Shown piece by piece: positions 27,176 to 36,690 of a DNA stretch of 40,674 nt. The stretch lies in NCBI GenBank assembly GCA_964528715.1, contig CAZGTR010000001.1:1-40674 (forward strand), given 5' to 3'. How positions within the stretch are numbered: the first letter of the stretch is position 1; every line of letters starts with the position of its first letter. The translations under genes were made by a program, and so were the position numbers. Source of the DNA: an uncultured Oscillospiraceae bacterium. GTDB taxonomy: Bacteria > Bacillota > Clostridia > Oscillospirales > Oscillospiraceae. Under the pieces are notes generated by a model that saw only the letters and a program-made list of their open reading frames with translations, did no database searches and was not told where the DNA came from.

Positions 27176-27736
27176 ATGGACGATCGGCAGATACTGAAGC
27201 TGTTCTTCGCCAGAGCGGAAGGCGCCATTGAGGCTCTGGCGGAGAAGTTCGGCAACACATTGGAGCGCATCGCTATGAACATTCTGGAAAACCGGGAAGA
27301 TGCCCAGGAGAGTACCAACGATACATATCTGGCGATTTGGAACGCCATCCCGCCCAGAGAGCCGGAGCCCCTGGCACCCTATGTGTACCGCACAGGACGA
27401 AATATGGCCTTAAAGCACCTGACCCATGATAGGGCACAAAAACGGCGCAGTTGCTATGATGTGTCACTGGACGAACTTGCCGGGTGCCTGCCCGGTGAGG
27501 ATCTGGAGCAGATGCTGGATGCCCGTGCAGTTGGTCGGGCGATGGATGCGTTTCTGGAGACCCAGAGCCGGGAGAACCGCTATATATTTCTGCGGCGATA
27601 TTGGTACGGTGACAGCATCCGGGATATTGCGCAGGTGTTGAAAATGCGGGAAAATGTCGTGTCCGTCCGGTTGAACCGCCTCCGGGGAAAACTGAAAGAT
27701 CATTTGATCAGGGAGGGATTTTACTATGGATCGTGA
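27176..27736 (+). CDS. ECF RNA polymerase sigma factor (paralogue of 22358..22915)
   Basis: DAQESTNDTYLAIWNAIPP..YVYRTGRN; region 4 SIRDIAQVLKMRENVVSVRLNRLR. Confidence 0.95.
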   Translation: MDDRQILKLFFARAEGAIEALAEKFGNTLERIAMNILENREDAQESTNDTYLAIWNAIPPREPEPLAPYVYRTGRNMALKHLTHDRAQKRRSCYDVSLDELAGCLPGEDLEQMLDARAVGRAMDAFLETQSRENRYIFLRRYWYGDSIRDIAQVLKMRENVVSVRLNRLRGKLKDHLIREGFYYGS

Positions 27737-29141
27737 ACAGACTTTGCAGGCATTGGAGGAGATCTCCGACCAGCATATTGAAGAAGCGGCAAAACGCCCC
27801 AAAAAGAGACAGAGGATCATTTTCAGAAGTGCGGTGGCGGCAGTTTTGGCGGCGGCGGTGGGACTTGGCGTATTTTTGACCCCCGGAAAGGTCAATGCCA
27901 AGGCAGTGGCGTTGCCGGGGGAGCCACGGCTCACTGTGTATAAGAGCCATGACGAGTTCAAGGATGATGACGAATGGAAGGCATACACGGAATCCTACAA
28001 GGCAGAGCAGAATAAACGCAGTGCTCTGGCAAAGGCGGCGAAGAATGATCTGTTGCCCTTTTTCACCAACGCCAACCGGGAATTTTTGACCGGCGACGAT
28101 GGAGAAAACAAACTCTGGTCGCCCATCAATGCCTACATCGGTCTTGCCATGCTCACGGAGCTGACGGCAGGGGAGAGCAAGCAGCAGCTCATGAATCTGC
28201 TGGGGGCGCAGAGCAGCAAGGTGTTGCGCCAGCAGGTGAGCGCCGTGTGGGAGACCATCTATAACGACAGCGACAACGAGCGCAGTACCCTTGCCAATTC
28301 CTTGTGGATGCAGGAGGGGGGAGAATATGAGCAGAACACCATGGATGCGCTTGCCTACTATTACTACGCCTGCGTCTACCAGGGGAATTTGGGAAGCCAG
28401 AAGATCAACGAGGCCATTGGCACCTGGCTGGATAACAACACCGCTGGCCTGCTGAAAAAGTACACCGGTCAGATCGAACTGGATCCCAATACGGTGCTGG
28501 CTCTGTATTCTACCATCAACTTCCAGTCCAAGTGGCAGGATGAATTTTCCGCCAAGGCAAACACCGATGGAACATTCCACGGCAGCAAAGGCGACCAGAC
28601 CGTTACCTATATGAACAAAAAAGAAGCCCAGATGGATTATTACTGGGATGAGGATTTCGCCGCAATTGCCCTTCGTTTGAAAAACGGCAGCACCATGTGG
28701 TTCATTTTGCCGGATGAGGATAAGACGACCGCCGATGTGCTGTCCAGCGGAAGATATCAGGAGCTGGTCAGCGGCGGGGAATGGGAAAATAAAAAGTATA
28801 TGAAGGTCAATTTGTCCGTGCCGAAATTTGATGTTTCCGGGCAGATCAAACTGGACGACGGATTGAAAAATTTGGGCGTGACGGACATCTTTGATCCGGA
28901 TCAGGCTGATTTTTCTGCCATCGTATCGGATGATCCGTTGTATGCGCAGAGAATCAATCAGGCTGTCCGGGTGGAGATAGACGAGGAGGGCGTGAAGGCG
29001 GCGGCATACATTGAAATACCCATGAATGGTGCGGCAGCGCCTCCGGAGGAGATCGTGGACTTCGTGCTGGACAGACCCTTCCTGTTCGTCATTTCCAACA
29101 GCGGCCTGCCCATGTTTGCAGGTGTGGTCAACGAGCCGTAA
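27726..29141 (+). CDS. Serpin family protein with N-terminal anti-sigma-like segment and TM anchor
   Basis: Serpin motifs NKLWSPIN, ANSLW, WLDNNTAG, STINFQSKWQDEF, MWFILPD, VPKFDV, LKNLGVTDIF, hinge DEEGVKAAA, signature FVLDRPFLFVI..PMFAGVVNEP. Confidence 0.93.
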   Translation: MDREQTLQALEEISDQHIEEAAKRPKKRQRIIFRSAVAAVLAAAVGLGVFLTPGKVNAKAVALPGEPRLTVYKSHDEFKDDDEWKAYTESYKAEQNKRSALAKAAKNDLLPFFTNANREFLTGDDGENKLWSPINAYIGLAMLTELTAGESKQQLMNLLGAQSSKVLRQQVSAVWETIYNDSDNERSTLANSLWMQEGGEYEQNTMDALAYYYYACVYQGNLGSQKINEAIGTWLDNNTAGLLKKYTGQIELDPNTVLALYSTINFQSKWQDEFSAKANTDGTFHGSKGDQTVTYMNKKEAQMDYYWDEDFAAIALRLKNGSTMWFILPDEDKTTADVLSSGRYQELVSGGEWENKKYMKVNLSVPKFDVSGQIKLDDGLKNLGVTDIFDPDQADFSAIVSDDPLYAQRINQAVRVEIDEEGVKAAAYIEIPMNGAAAPPEEIVDFVLDRPFLFVISNSGLPMFAGVVNEP

Positions 29142-29232
29142 AAGATTGATTAAGATATTCTTAAGCGACTTGATTAATCAGAGTAAAAATGGTAAGATAA
29201 CCCTATCATCAGTAAAGGAAAAATGGTAGCAG

Positions 29233-29595
29233 ATGAAAGAGAAATTCAAGAAGGTGTTGCAGTTTGTGACAAACCCAAGGCTTTTGCTTTGCTTTGCCAT
29301 CGGCTGGATGATCACCAATGGCTGGTCGTATATCCTCTTTGGGCTGGGCACTTATTTCGGAATCACATGGATGACTGCCGTGGGCGGGGCGTATCTGGCA
29401 TTTCTCTGGCTACCCATTTCCCCGGAGAAGATCGTCACCTGCGCCATTGCGCTTGCACTTCTGCGCTGGCTTTTTCCCAATGATACCAAGACACTGGCGG
29501 TGCTCAAGGAGTTGCACGCCAGAGCCAGAGGCTTCGTGCAGAAAAAGAAAGAGCAACACGAAGAAAAGAAAGAACATGAGATCAAAGAGCGATAA
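29233..29595 (+). CDS. Hypothetical membrane protein (2-3 TM, charged tail)
   Basis: Hydrophobic ORF in an otherwise empty interval; candidate promoter TTGATT-17 bp-TAAGAT upstream and a terminator downstream. Confidence 0.75.
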   Translation: MKEKFKKVLQFVTNPRLLLCFAIGWMITNGWSYILFGLGTYFGITWMTAVGGAYLAFLWLPISPEKIVTCAIALALLRWLFPNDTKTLAVLKELHARARGFVQKKKEQHEEKKEHEIKER

Positions 29596-29634
29596 GAAGT
29601 ACCGACTTTGGACAGGTGGTAATAAAACAGTTTG

Positions 29635-29668
29635 TGGAGCGTATCGTTATCGATACGCTCCGCTTTTT
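29635..29668 (+). terminator. Intrinsic terminator
   Basis: GGAGCGTATCG-TTAT-CGATACGCTCC-GC-TTTTT. Confidence 0.8.
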
Positions 29669-29700
29669 GTGTTTCGATTTGGCGCAGTCTGTACCAACGC

Positions 29701-29812
29701 TGTCATACCGACTGAGCGACAGCGAATGGAGGGATCTTGGCAGGAATTTGACCTGAAATGTCCCGGAAGTGCGTAGATTTCTCGACTCCGCTTCGCTCCG
29801 CTGGAAATGACA
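29701..29812. repeat. REP/REPIN- or MITE-like pair of inverted palindromic units
   Basis: Left arm TGTCATACCGACTGAGCGACAGCGAATGGAGGGATCT; reverse complement of the right arm TGTCATTTCCAGCGGAGCGAAGCGGAGTCGAGAAATCT; 37-bp spacer. Confidence 0.7.
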
Positions 29813-29930
29813 GACATTTTTATGGGGCGTGGATATGTCCCTGCCCTTCAATGGCGCTTTTTTGCAAATGGTACTGTTATTTCTGTGGTTTTTGTGATAT
29901 GATAGACCAAACGAAAGGGACGGTGGTAGT

Positions 29931-32900
29931 GTGCTGACTTTGATATTGAGCAAAGACTGGGTAGCGGGGCGCAATGAGATTCTGGGCCGGGTGGCGCAGG
30001 ATGTGGCGGAAGAAAAGCCCGGGCGCATTTTAATGGTGCCGGAGCTGATCAGCCACGATACGGAGCGGCGGCTTTGCGCCGCTGCGGGAGACACCGCCAG
30101 CCGCTTTGCGGAAGTGCTGTCTTTCCCACGCCTGGCGGCCCGGGTGGCGGAAAAGCGGGGCAAGGGTACATTTGCCTGTCTGGACAGCGGCGGGCGCATC
30201 GTGACCATGGCGGCGGCGGCCCGGCAATTGCACAGCAGGCTGAAGGCCTATGCCTGCGTGGAGACCAAGCCGGAATTTTTGGCGGAATTGGTGGAAGCGG
30301 TGGATGAATTCAAGCGCTGCTGTATTTCGTCACAGGATCTTGCTGCGGCAAGTGCCCAGACCACCGGGACTCTGGCCCAGAAGCTGGAAGAACTGGCTCT
30401 GTTGATGGAAAGCTACGATGCTCTCTGCGCCCAGGGAAAGGCCGACCCCCGAGATCAGATGACCTGGCTGTTGGAGCAGCTGGAAGAGGATGATTTCGCT
30501 GAGACACATACGTTCTACATCGACGGTTTCCCGGACTACACCAGCCAGCACATGGCGATCCTGGCCCATTTGATCCGGGTATCCCCTCAGGTGACGGTGA
30601 GCCTCAACTGCGACCGGATCGGCTCCGATGGGATGGCTTTTGAAAAGGCCGGGGATACGGTACAGCAGATATTGCGTATTGCAAAGGAAATGGAGATACC
30701 TGTACGGATCGAGACCGTGGACACGGATGAGACGCCGCTTTTGATTTTGAGCCAGCGGCTGTTTCAGGGCAAGCTCCCGGAGCCGGAAATCTTTGCCGGA
30801 ACCGTTACAGCGGTGCGGGCAGAGTCCGTTTCCCAGGAGGTACAGGCGGCGGCAGATCGTGTGATGGAATTGGTGCGCAGTGGTTGTCGTTACCGGGATA
30901 TTAGCATTGTTTGCGCCGATATGGGGCTTTATCAGAGCCAAATGAGGTTGACGTTCCGCCGCTGTGGTATCCCCCTTTATCAGGCGGGCACCGAGGATAT
31001 TTTGCAGAAAACCGTCATTGCTACCGTCCTTTCAGCGATGGAAGCTGCTTTGGGTGGCTTTGAGCAAGGGGATGTACTGCGGTATCTGAGATCGGTCCTT
31101 TCCCCGGTGGAAGTGGATATCTGCGACCGGATGGAAAACTACATCATCACCTGGGGTGTTCGGGGAAATGCCTTTCTGCGGCCCTGGAGCAATCATCCGG
31201 ATGGCCTAAGCGGCCGATGGAACGAGAAATCTCAGTCTGAGATCCAGATTCTGGAAGAAGCCAGAGAACGGGCAATGGCGCCGTTGGCGCAGTTACGCAC
31301 AGGTTTCCAGCAAGGGAAGAATCTGGCACAGCAGGTGCAGTCGCTGTATCGTTTTCTGGAGGAGATCGATCTGGCGGGACGGTTGGAACAGCTGACTGCT
31401 GAAATGGATGATTTGGGGGAACACCGGGACGCTCAGATCCTTTCACAGCTGTGGGATATTTTGCTTTCCGCTTTGGAACAGCTCCATGATACCCTGGGCC
31501 AGACGGTTTGGGAGCCGGAGGTGTTCGTCCGGCTGCTGACACTGCTGTTGAGCCAGTATGATGTGGGCACTATTCCGCCGGTGCTGGATGCGGTGACGGT
31601 GGGCCCGGTCAGTGCCTGCCGGTGCCAGGAGGTAAAACACTTGCTGGTTCTGGGCGCCGTGGAGGGCGCACTGCCCGGCTATGGCGGCTCTGCGGGACTG
31701 CTGACAGATCAGGAACGGACGGCTCTGCGTGACATGGGCGTTCCGTTGACCGGTGGTGCCGTGGAGGGCTTGCAGGCGGAGTTTGCGGAGATCTATGGCG
31801 TGTTCTGCGGGGCCCGGGAGACGGTCTATGTGTCCTGCCCCGGGGGAGACGGTTCTTATCTGTACCGCCGGGTGGCCCAGATGGCTGGGGGAGAGATCCC
31901 CTGCGGGGAAAGTCTGGGAGCAGCGGCCTTTGATGAACGAGAACGAGGGACGCTCCTTGCAAGATACCATGCTTTGGAAGAAGCAAAGCGCTTTGGGGTC
32001 TGGCAATGGTACGCAGAGACGGAAAAACGCTGTCGCTTTGAGATTGGAAATGTTTCTCCGGCACATATTGAGACGTTGTACGGAAAGACCCTGCGCCTGT
32101 CTGCCTCCCAGATCGATAAGCAGGCAACGTGCCGGATGGCATATTTCCTGCAATATGGTCTGGGAGCAAAAGAGCGGAAAGAGAACACGGTGGATCCGGC
32201 GGAATTCGGAAGTTATGTCCATGACGTTCTGGAACATACTGCCCGGGATGTGATGGAATTGGGAGGATTTGAAGCAGTCTCGCTGGAGAAAACGCTGGAT
32301 CTTGCTTATGCGCATTCGGAGCGCTATGCCCAGGAGCGGTTTGCTCAAATGGAGACACAGCGGCTTCGCTATCTGTTTCAGCGAAACTGGCGTGAGCTGG
32401 AAATGGTGGTGCAGGAGTTGTGGGAGGAGCTTTCAACGTCGAAATTCCGCCCCCGGGATTTCGAGCTGCGCTTTGGCAGTGATGGAAAACTCCCGGCGAT
32501 CCGGATCCCCGGCTCTGTCGCTGCGGTGCTTCAAGGCTTTGTGGATCGGGTAGACATTTGGCAGACCAACGGAATGCACTATTTCCGGGTGGTGGACTAT
32601 AAAACCGGCAAAAAAGATTTTGATTACTGCGATATCCTCAGCGGCGTGGGCTTGCAAATGCTTCTGTACCTGTTCGCACTGGAGCAGGCAGGGGAAGCAG
32701 TTATTGGTGGTCATCCAATTGCGGCGGGTGTGCAGTATTTTCCTGCCCGGGTACCGCTGGTCACGGCGGATGGTCGCATGACCGATGAAGAAGCGGAAAA
32801 GGCACGGATCAAGGAATGGAAGCGCAAGGGATTGCTGCTGGAAGATGAGGATGTTCTTGCGGCTATGGAGCCTGGCGGGGAGATGCGCAGGCTTTCCTGC

Positions 32901-33188
32901 ACCCGGAGAAAAGATGGCACTTTAAGCGGTGATCTTGCAGACCGGGAACAGCTGAAAATGCTGAGAAGCTATGTTTTTGGCGTGCTGAGCGATCTTGTGG
33001 ATCAGATCGCTTCGGGAACGATCGCACCCAATCCCTATTCCAGAGGCAGCAGCTACAATGCCTGTGCCTACTGTCCCTACGGCAGTATCTGCCACAAATC
33101 CGAAGTGAAGGAACGGCGCAATTTTAAAACTGTGACAGCCCAGCGCTTCTGGGAGGAAGTGGAGAAGGAGGTGGGGCACAATGGCTGA
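29931..33188 (+). CDS. addB: ATP-dependent helicase/nuclease subunit B
   Basis: FYIDGF, YRDISIV, LSASQID..C, GFVDRVD..VVDYKTG nuclease motif, CAYC..IC Fe-S cysteines; overlaps addA. Confidence 0.93.
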   Translation: MLTLILSKDWVAGRNEILGRVAQDVAEEKPGRILMVPELISHDTERRLCAAAGDTASRFAEVLSFPRLAARVAEKRGKGTFACLDSGGRIVTMAAAARQLHSRLKAYACVETKPEFLAELVEAVDEFKRCCISSQDLAAASAQTTGTLAQKLEELALLMESYDALCAQGKADPRDQMTWLLEQLEEDDFAETHTFYIDGFPDYTSQHMAILAHLIRVSPQVTVSLNCDRIGSDGMAFEKAGDTVQQILRIAKEMEIPVRIETVDTDETPLLILSQRLFQGKLPEPEIFAGTVTAVRAESVSQEVQAAADRVMELVRSGCRYRDISIVCADMGLYQSQMRLTFRRCGIPLYQAGTEDILQKTVIATVLSAMEAALGGFEQGDVLRYLRSVLSPVEVDICDRMENYIITWGVRGNAFLRPWSNHPDGLSGRWNEKSQSEIQILEEARERAMAPLAQLRTGFQQGKNLAQQVQSLYRFLEEIDLAGRLEQLTAEMDDLGEHRDAQILSQLWDILLSALEQLHDTLGQTVWEPEVFVRLLTLLLSQYDVGTIPPVLDAVTVGPVSACRCQEVKHLLVLGAVEGALPGYGGSAGLLTDQERTALRDMGVPLTGGAVEGLQAEFAEIYGVFCGARETVYVSCPGGDGSYLYRRVAQMAGGEIPCGESLGAAAFDERERGTLLARYHALEEAKRFGVWQWYAETEKRCRFEIGNVSPAHIETLYGKTLRLSASQIDKQATCRMAYFLQYGLGAKERKENTVDPAEFGSYVHDVLEHTARDVMELGGFEAVSLEKTLDLAYAHSERYAQERFAQMETQRLRYLFQRNWRELEMVVQELWEELSTSKFRPRDFELRFGSDGKLPAIRIPGSVAAVLQGFVDRVDIWQTNGMHYFRVVDYKTGKKDFDYCDILSGVGLQMLLYLFALEQAGEAVIGGHPIAAGVQYFPARVPLVTADGRMTDEEAEKARIKEWKRKGLLLEDEDVLAAMEPGGEMRRLSCTRRKDGTLSGDLADREQLKMLRSYVFGVLSDLVDQIASGTIAPNPYSRGSSYNACAYCPYGSICHKSEVKERRNFKTVTAQRFWEEVEKEVGHNG

Positions 33189-36100
33189 AAAGCTCACAAA
33201 GGAACAGAAAATGGCAGTGACGGACCGGGGTGGGAAGCTGCTGGTCTCTGCCGCCGCCGGTTCCGGCAAGACCAAGGTGCTGGTGGATCGCCTGCTCAGC
33301 TATCTGATGGACCCTGTGGCTCCTGCCAATCTGGATGAATTTTTGATCATTACCTACACCAAGGCGGCGGCTTCAGAGTTGCGGGGAAAGATCGCATCCA
33401 AGTTGTCGGAAAAAATGGCGGAAGCCCCGGATAATAAACATCTGCAAAAGCAGATGCAGCGACTTTATTTGACGAAGATATCCACGGTCCACTCTTTCTG
33501 CGGCGATGTCCTGCGGGAATATGCGTATCTGCTGGATCTTCCGGCTGACTTCCGGGTGGCAGATGAAAATGAATGCCGTCAGTTGCGTAACAGCACCATG
33601 GCACGAGTGCTGGATAACGCCTATCAGCAGTCAGAGGATGAGGATTTTCGTGCATTCGTGGACACCCAGGGCCTTGGTAGAGATGACAGGTTGGTACCGG
33701 AAGTGCTGTTCAAGGTTTATGACAGCGCCCGCTGCCACAAAGAACCGGATGAATGGCTGCAAAACTGCATAGACAATGCGATGACCGATGGCTTGACTGA
33801 CGCCGCCCAGACCCCTTGGGGCAGCTATCTGATGGAAGAATTATTCAGATTTTTGGATATGCAGACGGAGGCCTTGGAGTTTTGTGCTCGGGAAGCGGCA
33901 CAGACAGAAACGATGGAAAAGCCCACGGCCCTGCTGGAAAGCACCGTGGCGCAGCTGCGACAACTGCGTGGTTGCAAGACGTGGGATGAGATCGTAAAAT
34001 GCGGCAGTGTTGATTTTGGCAGACTGCTGTTTTCTAAGAAATGCCCGGATCTGGAGCTGGCAGAGCGGATCAAGGCGGTGCGCACCGCTTGTAAAAAAGG
34101 CCTGGAAAAGCGGCTGAAAGTGTTTTCCGACGACAGCGTTGTGGTTTTAGAGGACCTGGAACGATCTGCCAGTGCGGTCCGGGGTATGGTGAAACTGGTC
34201 CGGCAGTTCGGGCAGGATTATGATCGAGCCAAGCGCAGCCGCCGTATTCTGGATTTTGGCGATCTGGAACATCGAATGCTGGATCTGTTACTGGGGAAAA
34301 GCCGCTCCGGTCCCACGGCGGCAGCGGCGGAGATCGGTGCCCGCTTCCGGGAGATCATGGTGGACGAATACCAGGACTCCAATGAGGTGCAGGATAAGAT
34401 CTTTGAAGCACTGACCCAGAAACGGCAGAACTGTTTTATGGTGGGCGATGTAAAGCAGTCCATCTATCAATTCCGATTGGCGGATCCGCAGATTTTTTTG
34501 GATAAGTATCATGCCTATGTAGCGGCAGAACAGGCGCAGCCAGGTCAGGGACGGAAGATCATGCTTTCCGCAAATTTCCGTTCCGGTGGAGCCGTGCTGG
34601 CTGGCGTAAACGATGTGTTTGAGACTTGTATGTCCCAGAGAGTGGGTGGCCTGGACTACGGAGCTGATGAAGCGCTGAAGGAAGGAATCCCACATGAACC
34701 GCTGGGGGAACCGGAAGTGGAATTGTGGGCCATCCCGGTGGCGGAAAGTACCTACGAAGAAGAAGCGGCTTTTGTGGCAGAACGGATCTGTCAGATGACA
34801 GATGGCACGCATTTTGTGCGGCAGGGAGAGGCGCTGCGCCCCATCCAGCCGGAGGACGTGGCGATCTTGCTTCGTTCTCCTGGATCTGTGGGTAGCTATT
34901 TTAAGGAAGCGCTGGCAGCACGGGGGATCCGCTGTACCAGCGGTGGCGGCAATGATCTGCTTCAGACCCAGGAGGTCATGGTCCTGCGTGCAATTTTGCA
35001 GACCATTAGCAATCCTCGGCAGGACATCCCGCTGATCACGGCGCTCAGCAGCCCGGTCTTCTGCGTCACGGCGGATGAGCTGGCAGTGTTGCGCAGTGAA
35101 AACAGGTCGTGCAGCTTCTATGATGTGTTGTTGCTGAGCAAAATGCCAAAGATACAGGATTTCTTGGGTGCACTATCCGTTTGGCGTCGAGAGGCCAGAT
35201 TGCAGACCCTGGCACAGCTTTTGGAGTCTATTTTGGCCCGGACCCGGATGGACAGTGTCTATGCAGCAATGGACAATGGTACGGTGCGGCAGGAAAACTT
35301 ACAGGCGTTTTATCAGCTTGCTGTGGATTTCGAAAAGACCGGACACCGAGATCTGGAACAGTTTTTGGACCATATTGCCGCTTTGGAAGATAAGGGCTTG
35401 ATGGTACAGGGAGAGCAGAGCTGCGCCGGGACTGTGACGCTGATGAGCATTCACAAGTCCAAGGGACTGGAATTCCCCGTGGTGTTCGTTTGCGGCCTTT
35501 CCCGGGAGTTTAACCGGGAAAGTACCCGGGCGCAGGTGCTGTGCGACCAAAGCCTTGGCCTTGGACTAACGGCAGTGGACAAGAAAAACCGTGTCCGCTA
35601 TCCCACCATTGCAAAGCGGGCCATTGCCGCAAAGATGACGGCTGACAGTATTTCTGAGGAAATGCGGGTGCTGTATGTGGCCTTGACTCGTGCAAGAGAC
35701 CGGCTGATCATGACCTACGCCTCCCAGACGCTGGAAAAGGATGTGCAGGAGCTTGCGCTGCGGATGGATGTGGGTGATCGGGAGCTGCTGACCCAGGACG
35801 CCGTGTGCAGTGGCGAATGGGTGTTGATGGCAGCTCTGCGGCGGACGGAGTCTGGAGAATTGTTCGCCTTGGGTGGAAAACCCCGAGAGACAAAGCTGGG
35901 ACAGCCCCAGTGGCTGGTAAAGGTGCAATCTGCGCCCCAGATCCGTGCGGGTGATTTGACAGAAAAGATACACACCCAAGCGATCCCACAGCAGCTTTTG
36001 CAGCAGCTGGAGCAGGTGAAAGATTTTACTTATGCCCATGTTGCAGCAACACAGGCCCCCTCAAAACAGACGGCGACCCAGCGAAAAGGCCGGGAAAAGG

Positions 36101-36690
36101 ATGAGGAAGCGGCACAAAATGCCCCGGTGCAGACCCAGCTTTCCAGAACCTGGCGCCGACCGGCATTTGTAGAAACGAAAGTCAGCGGTGCGGATCTGGG
36201 CACAGCGACCCATGCGGTCATGCACTACATTCGCTATGACCAGTGCGACGAGCTACGGCACATCCGGCAGGAGGTGGAGCGGCTGGTGCGTGAGAATTTG
36301 CTGACGCAGCAGCAGGCAGAAGCCGTGGATTGCGGACGCATTGCAGCCTTCTTTGCAAGCCCTCTGGGCCGGAAGCTGCGTACCGGGAAAAATGTTCTGC
36401 GGGAGTTCAAGTTCTCCATTTTGGACGACGGCTGCCATTATGGCGAGGGCTTGGAAGGAGAGCAGGTGCTGTTGCAGGGCGTGGTGGACTGCGCCATGAT
36501 CGAGGATGACGGGATCACGGTCATCGACTTCAAGACGGACTTTGTGACGGAAGCCACCTTGCCGGAAAAGGTGGCCTGCTACCGGCCCCAGGTGATGACC
36601 TACGCCGACGCTCTGGGTCGGATATACCAGAAAAATGTAAAAGCGGCGCTGCTGTACTTTTTCCGCATCAACCGCTTTGTGGCATTATAA
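33181..36690 (+). CDS. addA: ATP-dependent helicase/nuclease subunit A
   Basis: SAAAGSGKT, VDEYQD, VGDVKQSIYQFR, SIHKSKGLEFP, LYVALTRA, QGVVD..IDFKTD. Confidence 0.96.
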   Translation: MAEKLTKEQKMAVTDRGGKLLVSAAAGSGKTKVLVDRLLSYLMDPVAPANLDEFLIITYTKAAASELRGKIASKLSEKMAEAPDNKHLQKQMQRLYLTKISTVHSFCGDVLREYAYLLDLPADFRVADENECRQLRNSTMARVLDNAYQQSEDEDFRAFVDTQGLGRDDRLVPEVLFKVYDSARCHKEPDEWLQNCIDNAMTDGLTDAAQTPWGSYLMEELFRFLDMQTEALEFCAREAAQTETMEKPTALLESTVAQLRQLRGCKTWDEIVKCGSVDFGRLLFSKKCPDLELAERIKAVRTACKKGLEKRLKVFSDDSVVVLEDLERSASAVRGMVKLVRQFGQDYDRAKRSRRILDFGDLEHRMLDLLLGKSRSGPTAAAAEIGARFREIMVDEYQDSNEVQDKIFEALTQKRQNCFMVGDVKQSIYQFRLADPQIFLDKYHAYVAAEQAQPGQGRKIMLSANFRSGGAVLAGVNDVFETCMSQRVGGLDYGADEALKEGIPHEPLGEPEVELWAIPVAESTYEEEAAFVAERICQMTDGTHFVRQGEALRPIQPEDVAILLRSPGSVGSYFKEALAARGIRCTSGGGNDLLQTQEVMVLRAILQTISNPRQDIPLITALSSPVFCVTADELAVLRSENRSCSFYDVLLLSKMPKIQDFLGALSVWRREARLQTLAQLLESILARTRMDSVYAAMDNGTVRQENLQAFYQLAVDFEKTGHRDLEQFLDHIAALEDKGLMVQGEQSCAGTVTLMSIHKSKGLEFPVVFVCGLSREFNRESTRAQVLCDQSLGLGLTAVDKKNRVRYPTIAKRAIAAKMTADSISEEMRVLYVALTRARDRLIMTYASQTLEKDVQELALRMDVGDRELLTQDAVCSGEWVLMAALRRTESGELFALGGKPRETKLGQPQWLVKVQSAPQIRAGDLTEKIHTQAIPQQLLQQLEQVKDFTYAHVAATQAPSKQTATQRKGREKDEEAAQNAPVQTQLSRTWRRPAFVETKVSGADLGTATHAVMHYIRYDQCDELRHIRQEVERLVRENLLTQQQAEAVDCGRIAAFFASPLGRKLRTGKNVLREFKFSILDDGCHYGEGLEGEQVLLQGVVDCAMIEDDGITVIDFKTDFVTEATLPEKVACYRPQVMTYADALGRIYQKNVKAALLYFFRINRFVAL

